Assembly: GCF_009914755.1 (NCBI RefSeq) | Contig: NC_060940.1 | From: the human T2T-CHM13v2.0 reference genome, Homo sapiens | Direction: 5' to 3' (one strand) | DNA length: 64,000 nucleotides | Shown: positions 50,625 to 64,000 of the stretch, piece by piece | How the letters are laid out: each line of letters begins with the position of its first letter | How positions within the stretch are numbered: position 1 is the first letter of the stretch | The notes under the pieces: model-generated | The model's database searches: none | Told to the model about the DNA's origin: nothing | What the model saw: only the letters and a program-made list of their open reading frames with translations | Program-made: the position numbers and the translations under genes

Positions 50625-51600
50625 TTTCTTAAAATGGTAATACTTGCTGTCCTAGGAGTAGAGTTACTCTTATATACAACTAGTGAGAATGTAGTTTGTA
50701 TTAAGTTTTCTGGATGCCAATTTGTCAACCTGTATCAAAAGCTTCAGCAATCAGTATGTTCTCTGGCAAAGCATACTAGGAAAAAATCAGCCATGTGTAA
50801 CAATTTAGCTACAAGTTTTTTAGAATGTCATATATAACAGTAAAACACTGCAAAGAACCTAAGGATCAACTGAAGGAAGTGAATTAAGCAAAGTACAATA
50901 CATCCATGTAATAGAATACTTTTTGATCATTAAAATTATGTTGGGGATTAACTGATAGGTTTATTACGTAATATTCGGGAAAAAAAACACTATTTGTCAG
51001 ATCTTTTTGTGTGAATGTGTACACCAACTGAAAAACACAAATACTAAGATGTAAATAAAAAACTGTACTTTAAAATTTATTTTGCTTTTATTTTCCTGTT
51101 TCTCTAAAATTATTTTGTAATGCTATTACAATAAAATATAGTTACTTAATTAATAGACAGCATGGTGAAATATTTGTAGCAAATGTGAGAAAAGAGGGCT
51201 CAGCATCTGCCACATACCAAGACTTATGAAAAGAAGTATTTGGCAAATAACATGAATACATAAAACTACAGAAACAACTAATAATAAAATAATCTATTTC
51301 AATGGTGAGGAAATATATGCAAATTTCAACACTGGCTAAGTATGGTTAAAAGAATTTGTATACTTTTTTGGTGGAATTATAAATGTGTACGACCCTTCCA
51401 AGAAGCAACTGCACATGATTCAGGAGTCTCTAAATATAAGCCACAAAGCTGTAAAATATTAGAGGAAAGCATCAGAGAATATGTTAATGATCTTAAGATA
51501 GGCTTTCTGAATAAGACAAAAATAAATGCTAAAACAGAGATAATGACACACAAGTCAAAATCAAAATTATATGGCAATAGAACCCCTAGCTAAGTTAAAA
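50625..51600 (+). mobile_element. L1ME-like fragments
   Basis: CATCCATGTAATAGAATACT...CATTAAAA; AAAGCTGTAAAATATTAGAGGAAAGCATCAGAGAATATGTTAATGATCTT. Confidence 0.55.
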
Positions 51601-51619
51601 GGCAATCAAAAGATCGTGA

Positions 51620-52160
51620 GGCAGGATGAGCCTTCCAGCTATGGCTGAACAAGCAGATGAACAAATAATTTCCCCAAGAGCAACTCTACAGCCGGACAAA
51701 ATTAACAAAGCCAACCATTTCCGTGCTCTGGAAATCACCAAAGGTATACAGCTGTCTGAGAAGTATGTGTACCTGTGAAACTGCTGGACTTTAGGTAAGA
51801 GGAGGAGGACTGCAAAATCCACCATGCTCACCCCACCACCATCACTACCAGCAGCAGCACTACTACTATCACCACCACCGTCACCGTCACCGTCACCAGC
51901 AACACCACCACCACCATCACTAGATTATTGCCCCTCTAACAGTTAATACTGTCACAGGCTCTGCCCAGTGGGGGGAAGACCAGCAGCTTCTCTGCCACAG
52001 TTAAAGGAGCAATGCCCAAGCCCGGTGGCGTTATCAATAGAGACAAAGATCATGGAGGTGAGGAGGGCCCCTTGGTTCTACATGTCTGAGGTTACAATCA
52101 TGTTTTGGGGGCAGTGTATTCCTGGCTGAGTCTGCCCACATGCACAGTGAGGACCGGAGA
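51620..52160 (+). mobile_element. Old L1M 5'-region fragment containing an (ACC)n-like repeat at ~51830-51921
   Basis: GGACAAAATTAACAAAGCCAACCATTTCCGTGCTCTGGAAATCACCAAAGG...GAAACTGCTGGACTTTAGGTAAGA resembles L1M4/L1MC 5' sequence. Confidence 0.5.
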
Positions 52161-52273
52161 GAACACAACGTGGTACATCCCAACACTGGAATACTATTGG
52201 CTGAGTCTGCCCACATGCACAGTGAGGACCGGAGAGAACACAACGTGGTACATCCCAACACTGGAATACTATT
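52123..52273 (+). repeat. Perfect 75-bp tandem duplication
   Basis: 52123-52197 identical to 52198-52272. Confidence 0.97.
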
Positions 52274-52655
52274 AAACAGTAAAAAGAACTGCAGTCCTGA
52301 TATTAAATAATGCTACAACACAGACAAACCTAAGACCCATGATGGTAAGTGGAAGAAGCCAGACAGAAAAGATTACATATGGTCTGATTCTATTTCATAT
52401 GAAATGCCCAAAGAAGACAAACTGATTGAGACAGAAACAGATAAGTGGCTGCCTAGGGCTAGGGGTGGGAGCATGGATACACTGAAAATGGGCACAAGGG
52501 AAATTTCTGGGTTGGTGGAAAAGGTCCAGAACTGTATTGTGACGATGGATGCAGAACTCCATAAATTCACCCAAAAAAATCCCTGAATTGTATATTTAAA
52601 ATGGTTGAATTTTATGGTAAGTTAATTATACCTCAATATAATTGTCTAAAAAAAA
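52165..52655 (+). mobile_element. L1MB 3' end
   Basis: CGTGGTACATCC...TGGAATACTATT...AGAAGCCAGACAGAAAAGATTACATAT...TAAAATGGTTGAATTTTATGGTAAGTTAATTATACCTCAATA. Confidence 0.75.
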
Positions 52656-52719
52656 GAGATAGGAAGACAATACATGTGTATCTGTCACAAAAAGAGTGAT
52701 ATTGTTAAAACGCAGGTCA

Positions 52720-53025
52720 GGCCGGGTGCAGTGGCTCATGCCTGTAATCCCAGCACTTTGGGAGGCTGAGGCAGGCATATCACTTGAGGTCAGGATTTTG
52801 AGACTAGCCTGGCTACATGGCAAGACCCCATTTCTACTAGAAATCCAAAATTAGCCAGCCATGGTGGCGCACGTCTGTAATCACAGCTACTCGGTGGGGG
52901 CTGAGGCATGTGAATCACTTGAACCTGGGAGACAGAGGTTGCAGTGAGCCGAGACCACGCCACTGCACTCCAGCCTGGACGACAGAGCAAAACTCCATCT
53001 CAAAAAATAAAATAAAATAAAATAA
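52720..53025 (+). mobile_element. Alu (Sz/Jb-like)
   Basis: Full dimer, (AAAAT)n tail, TSD AAACGCAGGTCA/AAACATAGGTCA. Confidence 0.9.
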
Positions 53026-55004
53026 ACATAGGTCAACAACTCAAAAGAAGACTGGACTAAGCAGGTAAACAGGGAGTGTACAAAAGAACTACAGATATCT
53101 GTCTACATTTAGCAGGTATCTAATCCACCCAGAAATCCGGGGAATTCAAGTGAAAACAGTGAGATGTCATGACCTCTTTCCAGCAACCTGACGCGAGAAT
53201 GGTTGTTTCCATTTTTCAGATTAGAAACAGAGGCTCAGAGTGTTTCAATAATTTGTCCAAGTTCATTCCTTCAGTCCTTAAGTGAAAGTGCTCTATCATT
53301 CAATTATAATCTTGCCTCCCTGATCTTTGCTACTGTTACCTTAATCCAACATATACAGGTACAGTAAGAATATGGAGATGCTACAGATCAGGATGGGCCG
53401 GGCCAGGCTCACCTAGTTCAGTAATGTGCTCTGCCAGGAATTTGTATTATTCCTATTAAGATCTAATGGCCCATCAGGGCCTGTTATAGATTTTTTTGTT
53501 TTTCTCTTTATGGGTAGATATTGAGATTTCATTAATGCCAATTTATCACCAGAACCCTAAGTCTAACTAGTGTCGCCGTGGTTTCTTGTAGAAGCAGCAG
53601 GCAGTCTGTGAGTGCCTTGTTAGGTATAGTTTTAGGAGATTTTGTCCAAGCCACACCTGCTGCTCTATTTCAGACGATCTGGGAGTCAGACAGCATTGGC
53701 TATTGCCCCAGCCACATAGCTCACATAACCTTGCATCCCCGACCAGGCCGCTTCACCTCATCTCTCTTGTGCCTCAATCTCCTCTTTTGTAAAAAGAGCT
53801 GCCCCAATCTTGCTGAACTTAGAGGAGAGGCTGGATGTGAATAAGCTTAGGAAAATTTAACACTGAAACAGGCTCCACTCATGCTATCTCCGACCCTACA
53901 ACAACAGGCACAGAAAAGAAATCCTGTGTTGGGTTTTAAAGGTCTTAGCGAGCTATATTAACCTGGGTTTTAAACAACAAACCAAACCCCAAGCCATCCA
54001 GAACAAAAACACACCGTAATCAAAATGAAAAGCAAAGGCCTCCTACCTGCACAAAAGCCTCTGTTCCAAGGTTTTTGTTCCCTGGATTTTGGGTGCCTCC
54101 AGGTCTTCCCACAGGCACCTGAAGATCTGGGAAGGAAGGGCGAGCAGCCAGCTTACCATCTTCCTATGACTAGGGCACTCAGCAGATATAGGGATTCTGA
54201 ACCCAGATCACCTGGACACCAGACGCTCAGCAGTGCAAGGCACCACCAGGTGATTCTGATGTGCCCTAATCTATGCAGTGCAGAAGGTCTCAAACTTAAA
54301 TGTGTGGCAGAAACACCTGGGGAGCTACTAAAGAACAGAGGCCCAGGGTCTTCGAAAGAGAACAGTAACTGGGTCTCCGTCTGAACACCAGGTTCTCCAA
54401 ATGATCATAATAGGAGCCAAGTGTGAAAACCAATAGGTGAGGAGCTGTCTAGGGGTGGAGCATCCACTCTTCTGGGGAAGGTGCTCCTTGAGGTAAGGGA
54501 CATCACCTGTGCAGTACCTGGCACGCAGGAGGTATTGACTAAATGATAATTTTATCTTATTTACATGGCACGAGGGGAAAGAGAAGGCTATTTCGGGCAC
54601 TTTAGGACTGCAGGAAAGGCCCACAGAGATGCCTCTCTGCATTGGTTTGGTAAACTGTGACTAGTTCCCATACCTTCTCAATCTCATGGTAGAACCAACT
54701 GTGGATACCAGCAATTTAACAACATGCCTGATGAGAACAGTTGCATTGGGGCTGGAAGTAGAAAGGGAGGGATTATTTACTAGGAATTCCCACGTGCAAA
54801 AACTTGCCCTGTGACCATCTCAGGGAATTTGTAATGAAATCTTCAAAAACCAAGGATGACTGGAAAACAGGGTTTGAATGAGTAGACTGCAAAGCTTTCT
54901 ATCATTTTCAGGGCCTCTCCATCATAATATCCATTAATATTTAAAAATAAAATGGGATAACATAAAAAGTTTTCATTCACTCGCTCATTAATTCGTTCAT
55001 TGAG

Positions 55005-55235
55005 GGCATGGTGGTTGACAGTCTGGAGTCTGGGATTGCGCTGCCTGATTCTGCCACTTCCAGTTACACATTTCTATCGCTTCATCCCTTTGTTCTCAGT
55101 TTTCTGCTCCATAAAGTAGGGGTAGTAACACTAACTCCTGGAGAATTTGGGTGGATTTAACAAGGTGCGTAAGTATCAGAACACCGTCAGGCACGGAGTA
55201 TGCACCTATACATCCTAGCTACTATCACTTAGTTT
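55005..55235 (+). mobile_element. MIR
   Basis: TGGTGGTTGACAGTCTGGAGTCTGG...TTCTGCCACTTCC...CTCAGTTTTCTGCTCCATAAAGTAGGG. Confidence 0.6.
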
Positions 55236-55319
55236 TTCATAAGCAGCGGCCCTGTGCTACATGCTGAGAATGTAGAAATAATGCCCTCAAGGGGCTTTCA
55301 GGCAGGTACAGTAGATAGG

Positions 55320-55421
55320 CAGGTGAGCCAATGAGTGTGGTCCAGTGTGGCAAGGCCCAGAAAAATGACAGGTGAGCCAATGAGTGTGGTCCAGTGTGGC
55401 AGGGCCCGGAACAATGACAGG
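55320..55421 (+). repeat. 49-bp tandem duplication (about 2.1 copies, 3 mismatches)
   Basis: CAGGTGAGCCAATGAGTGTGGTCCAGTGTGGCA at 55320 and 55369. Confidence 0.95.
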
Positions 55422-55538
55422 AAATAAAGACAGAGGGGATGCAGAAGCTGGCACTGGAGCCAGATGGCTCTAGGGAGTTATTTGTTGGGGAAAATGGGAG
55501 TATCTCAGAAACTCCCCTGGATGTTAAAGAGGCTGAGA

Positions 55539-55871
<333 letters not shown>

Positions 55872-56039
55872 TTAGAAGAAGAAAATGAGTAATGGATAGG
55901 AAGGAACTGCTGGTGGAAGAGAGACATGAAGGGCTGCTGGGGGAAGGGGAAGGGACAATGTGGCCTGGTGGGACTTTGAGCTTGCCTCTTGGATGTCCTC
56001 ACCACCAAGCTGAGTCGCAGTTCTTCACCCATGTTGTTA

Positions 56040-56270
56040 ATCTCTACTGACTCTTCCGAACTTTTCCTTCAACGATCTCATCCCAGTTTGTAATTAGCCG
56101 TTACAAATGATTACTTGTGTATGTTGATGTGTTTGTCATCTGACCCTCCAAAAGTTAAGCTCTAAGAAGGTAGGAACCTTATCTGTTTCTCCATCACTGG
56201 GAGCTTGGCACTCAGCACATACCTGGCACATAGTAGCAGCTCAATAAATGTGTTGCATAATGAATTAATT
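56040..56270 (+). mobile_element. L2 3' end
   Basis: AAGCTCTAAGAAGGTAGGAACCTTATCTGTT...ACCTGGCACATAGTAGCAGCTCAATAAATGTGTTG. Confidence 0.75.
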
Positions 56271-56989
56271 GGGTAGCTGCACCTAGTTGGGTGTGGACAG
56301 TTCAGATGCATCTGAGAATTTGTTTAATTAGAATTACAGCCTTCTTCCTCCAAACCATTCTGAAACTCAGGCCTCAGATTGCTTGCCTTCCTAAGGATTT
56401 TTCCACCATTCTCCATTTTTTTGACACTGTTGTTTCTTCAAAATCAATTCTCTGAGTGTCTGCCCAAGCCTCACAGGCCAGATCTTAGTCAAGCCCATTG
56501 TTGAACTCCAACTTCCAAGATGGTGCTTGGGGTACAGTTCAAATCTAAATTTTATTGGTAAATCTGTTGGTTACATTTCAGGCAAGTCAGAAATAAAAAG
56601 CACACAGCTCTCTTGTCAACAAATTTTATCCCCCAGATCATGAAAAATGTGGACTGTACATGAAAAACTCATTTTAAAAAATGAAAAGCCTATATGGATA
56701 TAAGGCCTCAAAATATACATTTCAAAACACAATGAAATCCATATTTCATCTGGACTGTGAACAATCCCAGAAGCATGTTAAATAATGCCATGAACAACAC
56801 AGCTTCAACAGATTGTTGGGGAATCAAAATGTGGACTTTTAAAGGAATCTCAGGCCGGGAATCTCAGATGTTAATGTCGCTTGCCTAAAATAAAAGGGAC
56901 AGGTAACAATAGCCACAATGGAACACAGCAGTGTTACTAAACTCTAACTTAATGCTCCCACTTGCCAAAGTCAAAAACCAACTCTCTCA

Positions 56990-57480
56990 TGCATCCATTC
57001 AACAAAATTTTTCATGTGCATCTTCTGTTTGCCAGGCACTGTTCTTCAAGTTCTGGGAATATGGCAGTGAGCCAACCTGACAAAACCCCTTGAATTTATG
57101 AAGCTTATAAACTCCTAGAGGAGACATCCAATAAACGAATAACTGTGTAATATTTTGGATGGTAAAAAGTGCTCCAAAATAAAGCAGAGTAAGAAGAGAG
57201 AGAATGTTGGAGATGGGGGGAAAGGGGTGGCACTGTCTTAAATAGGGTGGACAGAGCCACCCTCACAGAAAAGGCCGTGTTTGATTAAAGATTAGAGGGA
57301 GCTGAGAGATTGAAGCGCATGGATTTCTGTGGGAAGAACACTCCAGGACCTAGGGGATGAAGTATGCTGAGTTTCTGAGGTGGGAATGTGCTGTGTGTGT
57401 AACAAACAGCAAGGAGTGGTGGCAGCAAAAGATTGAGGGAGACAAGGAGAGAGAAGTGGGAATGAGTAGGGATAGGGGAG
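56990..57480 (-). mobile_element. L2a-like 3' fragment
   Basis: CATCCATTCAACAAA...TGCCAGGCACTGTTCT...TTAAATAGGGTGG...GGGAAGAACACTCCAGG. Confidence 0.75.
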
Positions 57481-58439
57481 TGAGGAAGGCGAGGCTGGCA
57501 GAGCAGACGGCTTTTCAGTCTTAGGTAAAGACTGACTAAATCTCTCTGTTAAACAGAAAAGTTTACAAGAGTTTGAGAAGCATAAAATACCAAAATGAAA
57601 CTTTCATCTCATAGAATCAGAAAGATAGTTCTAAGATGGCTAATGAATGAACAGGGTGTCAAATGCCTTCAGATGTAATTTAACGCCACCTAAAGTTATT
57701 GGCATACGAGCAAGGGTCGCATTGCCATATGTTGGAGATACACCACAACACTATTCCTGTTCCCTCTTTTTCCCCTGAACTCAAACACAGGTACAGGTAT
57801 ATGCTTCCTTCACTGTAAATGACAGAAATCGACATTTCCAGATAGTAAATGGGCCCACTGTTATTTTTAGGGCTTGGACAGCTGAAGCCACTGAACTCAA
57901 AAGTGCTCCCTTGATCAAAGAATCCTACAAGGATTCCTCAGCCCTGAGAGCTGTGTCTCTAATAGGATTATGCCTGAATTAAAAGACGGAACCATTTCTA
58001 ACTGAGGGCACTCTCTGGCTTTGAAGTTTGCCTCAACAAATGATCCATTTTTCTATAAACCAGAGCCGGAGAATGACAAGGAAACTTGCAACTATTCCCA
58101 AATGGAGAGCTTTGCACAAGATCATCAGGGGAGAGGAAGCATTCGAACGAACACTCTGCATCTGCCTTTGAGCAAATGATGGCACGAAAGAGAAATGTTT
58201 TTCTCTCCTGAAGCATTTGACAAGACTGTGGTCATTTATGTCAGAAGCAAAAAGTGTCCAAGTCCTGAAATCATGTGTGTGTATGTGGGGGTGAGGGTGT
58301 GTGTGTGCATGAGCACAAACTTTTACATGAGCTCATTGCAGACTCCCGTATGACGTGTAAGTCAGCATGCATCAGGTGCCTACACAGCGTCAGGTGGATA
58401 GAGGTTAATGGCACATGTTTTTTCTCTCTATTTGCCACA

Positions 58440-58800
58440 AGGAGATCAAGAGGAAGAGGAAGAGAAGGAGGAGGAGGAGGAAGGAAGAGGAAAAGGAGAA
58501 AATGAGGAGGAAGAAGGAAGAGGAGGAGGAGGAAGAAAGAAGAGGAGGAGGAGAAAGAGGAGGGGAAGGGTAGGGGCCAGGGGAAAAGTGATGAGGGGAA
58601 GAGAAGGACAGATGGAGGGGGAGAAGGAGAAGAAGGGAGAGAAGGAGGAGGAGAAGGAGGGACAGAGGAAGGAGAAAGACAAGGAAGAGAAGTAGGGAGA
58701 GAGAGGAGAGGAGGGAGAGAGAGAGGGGAGGAGGAGGGACAGAAAGAGGATGAGGAAGGAGAAAAGAGGAGGGAAGGAGGAGACCAGGAAGAGGGGGAGA
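58440..58800 (+). repeat. GA-rich low-complexity polypurine tract
   Basis: About 360 bp of GAG/GAA/GGA units with few pyrimidines. Confidence 0.95.
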
Positions 58801-59039
58801 AGCCACCTCATTCTCCTCACGTGCAAAATGGAAATAACAATGGCATCTTCTTCACAAGATAACTGTGAGAATTCATTGAATGGCATATGTAGTGATTGGC
58901 CCATAAGAAGCATCAGATAATGTGCTTCGTTCTTTGCCTCCTTACTCTTTGTCAAGCTATCACCAGTTCACTCTTTTTATGTCTCCCTCAGGAAAGCCTT
59001 CCCTGACCTCACCCAGATCATCTCTGTGTTCCCCGCCTC

Positions 59040-59413
59040 AGTCTGGTGAAGCACCGAGGTGTGGGCAGGGCTGGTTCCTTCTGGAGGCTCTGGTGAAGAA
59101 TCCTTTCCTCACTTTTTCTGATGTTTGGTGGCCACCTGCCTTCCCTGGCTGTGGCTGTGTTACTCCAATCTCTACTTCCACCAGCCCTTTGCCTTCTCCT
59201 CATCTATGGACAAATTTCCCTCTCCCTTCATCTATAAAGGCATTTTTGGCTACATTTAGAGGCCACCCAGTTAACTTGAGATAATCTCTCCATATCAAGA
59301 TCCTTAATTTAATCATGGCTGCAAAGTCCCTCTTACCATAGAAGGTAACATTCACAGGTTCTGGATGTGAAGATAATAAACATCTTTGAGGGCCATTATT
59401 CAGCCTATTCCAC
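59040..59413 (-). mobile_element. MLT1 (C/D-like) partial LTR
   Basis: GGCAGGGCTGGTTCCTTCTGGAGGCTCT...TCAAGATCCTTAATTTAATCA...GGCCATTATTCAGCCTA. Confidence 0.75.
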
Positions 59414-60143
59414 TCAGGTTCTACATTTGTTTGGAATGTTTTTAGGTGTAAACAACAGAAAATCTGGCCAACCCCAACTAATTTTTTCACATAAAAATAA
59501 AGCTGGAAGTAGGTAACGTTGGCTTTATGTAATCATGTCAACACAGGCACCTCTGTAATTCTCTTGACCCTACCCTTCTGGTCACAAAATGACACCTGTC
59601 GCTGTAAACAATGTCTACCTCAAAGGCAAGAAGTGGTACAGGGGTAACACCAACCTCATCTTTTTATGTTTTATTAGGAAAGCCAAAGGTTTCCCAGATA
59701 CCCTCCCAGAAAAATGTGCCTCATGTTCCATTGACCAAAACTGGACCTTGGTTACATGGACCTAGTCTCTGGCATTGCATTTCCACTGTTTTTTTCTATT
59801 GTTTCCTGTAAAGAGTCACTAAATCTAATCCTCACTCAAAAGGAAGAAATTAGACCCCACTTTCTGAATGGACAAGGATCAAAAATTTTGTAGACATATT
59901 TTAAACCACCATATTTACCAATTGTTTGTATGCTTTGATAATGTCCTTTTCACCTGAAGTCATTACTTGTACTAACTAGGAGCATGCAATATACCTTGTT
60001 ATGGTAGCAATAGTAGGTAGAATTAATAGCTGTCCTGTTTTAGCACTCAGGAAGCTCCATTAACTCTGCAAAATACTTTAGTTTGTTATTTCATTCAATC
60101 CTAACAACAACCTCATGAGCCTGGTATTTACCAGGTAACAGGT

Positions 60144-60556
60144 TGGTGATTGTTTACCACCCCAGTAACCAGCCCTATGGGAGAAGCATAATCCTTGCCC
60201 CTTGACTGTGGGGTTGTCCATGTAGCTTACTTTGGCCAATGAAATGTTAGCAGGATTGAAAAAGGGCTTGATGAACGCTTGGTTGATTGGGCTCATGCTC
60301 TTTTCCCTCTGCCGTCACCATGAGAGGGACATGCTTCAGCTAGCCCGCTGCTCCAAGAGGATAAGGGGCATGTAGAGTAGCTGCCTCCCAGCAGCCTGCA
60401 GTCACGTAGGGGAGTCCAGCAAAGATCTACAGTCTCCTGACTAAGAGCAGACTAGTTCATCTGACACACGGATGCTTGAGAATTTTTTTTAAGTGAGTTT
60501 TGTTTTAAGCCACTACATTTAGGGAGGTTTTTACAAAGCAATGGTTAAACATTACA
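60144..60556 (+). mobile_element. MLT1 (F/H-like) LTR inserted in a minus-strand MIR (MIR parts ~60030-60140 and ~60557-60700)
   Basis: CTTACTTTGGCCAATGAAATGTTAGCAG...TTTTAAGCCACT; MIR resumes CTCCATTTTCCAGATGTGGAAACAGAGGCTT. Confidence 0.65.
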
Positions 60557-61151
60557 AGCATCATCTCCATTTTCCAGATGTGGAAACAGAGGCTTAAAGA
60601 CATAGAGAATTTGCCCAAGGTAAATCAGCTGTTAAGTGGCGAGGACAGGATTAACACCCAAATCTAGCTGCATTTCAAACCCATTCTCTTAGTTATTATG
60701 AAATTCTACTTGTGTTGAATCAATTCTTGAAGTTTAAATCATTCTCCCTACAGCTTCCACCTTTTCCTCTACATTAGAGAACAACATCCTAACAACAGAC
60801 TAACAAAATTACAGAAAAAGTCAATAAGGGCCTCTTAGACAAAGAAAAAAATAAAAATATAAAACAGAGTCACATAGCTCAAGTCCCTTCTGACAAAGCC
60901 CCATCGGTCTGACAGAGCAAACACAGAAAGGATTTAAATTTTAATTTCACTGTAAGGGTTTCTTTGGCTCAGAAACAACTCATCTCCCTTTAATTTATCA
61001 GAAGATACAGTACTGTAATAAAATAAGACAAAAATCTTCCAAAGTGTAAAATGCATCTACTCTTAGGTTTCCAAATTGTATATTAGTTTGCATTGAATTT
61101 ATTTTCCTGATTAGATTGCCTTTTAGCTACACCAGTCCTAGAGGGATATGA

Positions 61152-61544
<393 letters not shown>

Positions 61545-61823
61545 TCACAGTGAATGTTTTTACCAAGTGATCGAGGTTGGACCTCCTTAGCGAGGTCAGG
61601 AGAAGGAAAGAAGCCTGGTGTGGGCGACACAGCTACTATGAGTCACCTGCATGCCAGCTGTGTTCAGTGCCTGTGTGCTTGAGGTATCTTATTTAAATTT
61701 TACCATCATTCTGTGAGACATATCTTGTTCCATTGTTACAAATTAGAAAACAGAGGTTTGCAGAGTTTTAAGGAAACTTAGGCAGGGGTTACTCAACTAG
61801 TAAGAACAAGAATTAATATTTGA

Positions 61824-62115
<292 letters not shown>

Positions 62116-64000
62116 AAATTAATATTTGAGAATTTTTTCTAATCATATATTGTATGTGGCTTTTCGTTAAAATATTCTAATTTATTTGTAGAAATAAAAT
62201 TATAATTTCTGAGTCAAACTTCTGTTGAAGTTTTGGGACTGGTGACTAGGAGATTCTATGATATAGGAAGCTTTTAACTACAAGTAAGAAAAACGTATTA
62301 ATAGTGTATTAAATCATGAGATGTGTCTACCTAATATAACAGAGTCCAGAAGTGTGGTGGCTCCAGGGCTGGTTGACTCAGGGACAGGGACTGCACACAG
62401 CATCAGTATCACCACTCTTGTGCCCTTGGGAGACATTATCCATCAACCACAATCTTCTTTCTGTTCAGCCCAAACTCATCTTCAGAACCTTTCTTAACTA
62501 GAGGCTTTAAGAAGCTATTGTCAACCAACTGGAATTAGCAAGCCATGCTAAAGCTATTCTTTTCTGATTCAGACTCCTTCTTGCCCAGTGAATCAATAAT
62601 TGGGAAGCACCTGCCATGCCTTCAGCTCTCCTGACAACAAAAGTGGTTGGAAATACAAGAGAAGCAGAGTAAATGGCCTCTCCCCTGAACAGGCTGAAAT
62701 CTTGCTGGAGAAACAAAATATAGATACATGAAACAATGAAGGAACTTATTTTAAAACTGCACTAGGGCAGATAATAAAGAACAAATTCTCTACACCATTG
62801 GTAAAGAGATACACTCTAAAGGGATAATTTGGGAGTTAACCGGTTTGGTTTGGTTTCGTTTTGGTTTTTGACCTGGGTCTTGCAACATTCTTATTAGGAA
62901 TACCTCTACTACTCACTAGGAAATGTCTTGCATTGATTTCACTTTATTATTCTATTCATAACCTGTCTGCTCAAAGCTAGAAAACTTCTGACAATATACA
63001 GGCTTTTTCTTTAATAGAAAAAAATATAATTTGTGGAATACTCTTTTTGCTCAGTCATTAATAGGATGATATTAGTGTTTACTGTGTTGTAGCTTTTTTG
63101 TTTTGTTTTGTTTGTTTTTGTTTTTGTTTTCCCAGAATTCTCCTCAGGCCATGATGACAAAGATAATTTTAGGTGTACTGTATATTTGTTGTTGTTTATA
63201 TTCATCCCCAAAGGTAATTCTTCTAACATATTTAATTTTGTACAATGTGTTTTAAATAATTTCTGCTGTCTTCCTCCAGCTGCTTCATAAGTTAGATAAA
63301 AACTTGATTCACGGTCTTTATTTCAAGTTTCAGGTTTTGCACTTTGCATCAAATTTTGTTAAAGAAACAACTCCCTGCATTGGAATTTGAAAACACCACT
63401 CAGGGAAATCTCAACTGTGCTGCAGTATTTTAAAATAAGAGGTGTATGCAATGATGTTTAACAAGAGAAAGAGCTCATTTAAGGAGACTCGGAAATGATC
63501 ATTTTCTTGGGTATCTGTTACAGCTAATTCTCAGCAAAGGGGCCAAGCAGAAGTCCTCCAACATTTAGAGACAGGACAGAAGATTACCAGGGAAAGGCAT
63601 GGCTGAATCTGGAATTACGGGCAAATTAAGAAAACTCAAAATTAATGGCAGAGTGAAAAATTCAGTCATCACAAATTCTCAGACTCATGTGGCCAAGAAT
63701 CACTCCTGTGACCTACAGACCCTTATACATCATCGGCACCCACCATCGCTGCACAAACATTACCTTTGTAGGGCTGTTGCTCCCCAGCCCTCCCCTATAT
63801 CCTTGCTTCAAGTCAGCATATGCCCCCACCGCCCCCCCATCTACTTGCTCTGATGTTGCCCAACCAGTCTTTGGTTTTGATTTATAACATAATCGATAAG
63901 AAATTGCAAGTCATTTTTTTTTCTACTTCTACAACTTAATCTTTAAAATTCTTTGGCGATTTCATAATTTTCTAAATTTAAAATTGTTTTTTCCTAATAG

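Noticed and set aside
58275-58955. Longest ORFs in the window (up to 169 aa)
   Set aside because: Low-complexity GA tract; composition artefact

Overview
This is primate (human-like) non-coding genomic DNA, either intergenic or deep intronic, with no CpG island and no protein-coding gene I can support. Most of it is decayed interspersed repeats: 12 Alus (S and Y types, one possibly J), many MIR and L2 remnants, old L1M fragments, one internal L1PB ORF2 piece, MaLR LTRs (MLT1, MST, THE1), an intact MER4-group solo LTR, LTR16/LTR33-like ERVL LTRs and DNA-transposon fossils (MADE2, MER58A/B, MER20, MER82, MER5). The supplied ORFs are almost all chance, Alu-derived or low-complexity frames. The best signals not explained by repeats are: (1) a repeat-free block at about 12.5-13.2 kb with 14 TGACA motifs and a PBX site, a candidate MEIS/PBX enhancer; (2) a tailless 5S rRNA retropseudogene with target-site duplication at 50243-50284; (3) candidate convergent terminal exons at 23.6-24.2 kb and a candidate minus-strand exon at 14962-15088; (4) an ancient ~250-bp dispersed duplication and a perfect 75-bp tandem duplication. 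I found nothing that establishes a new biological system. Repeat subfamily names come from recalled consensus sequences and need RepeatMasker/Dfam confirmation; boundaries of old repeats are approximate.
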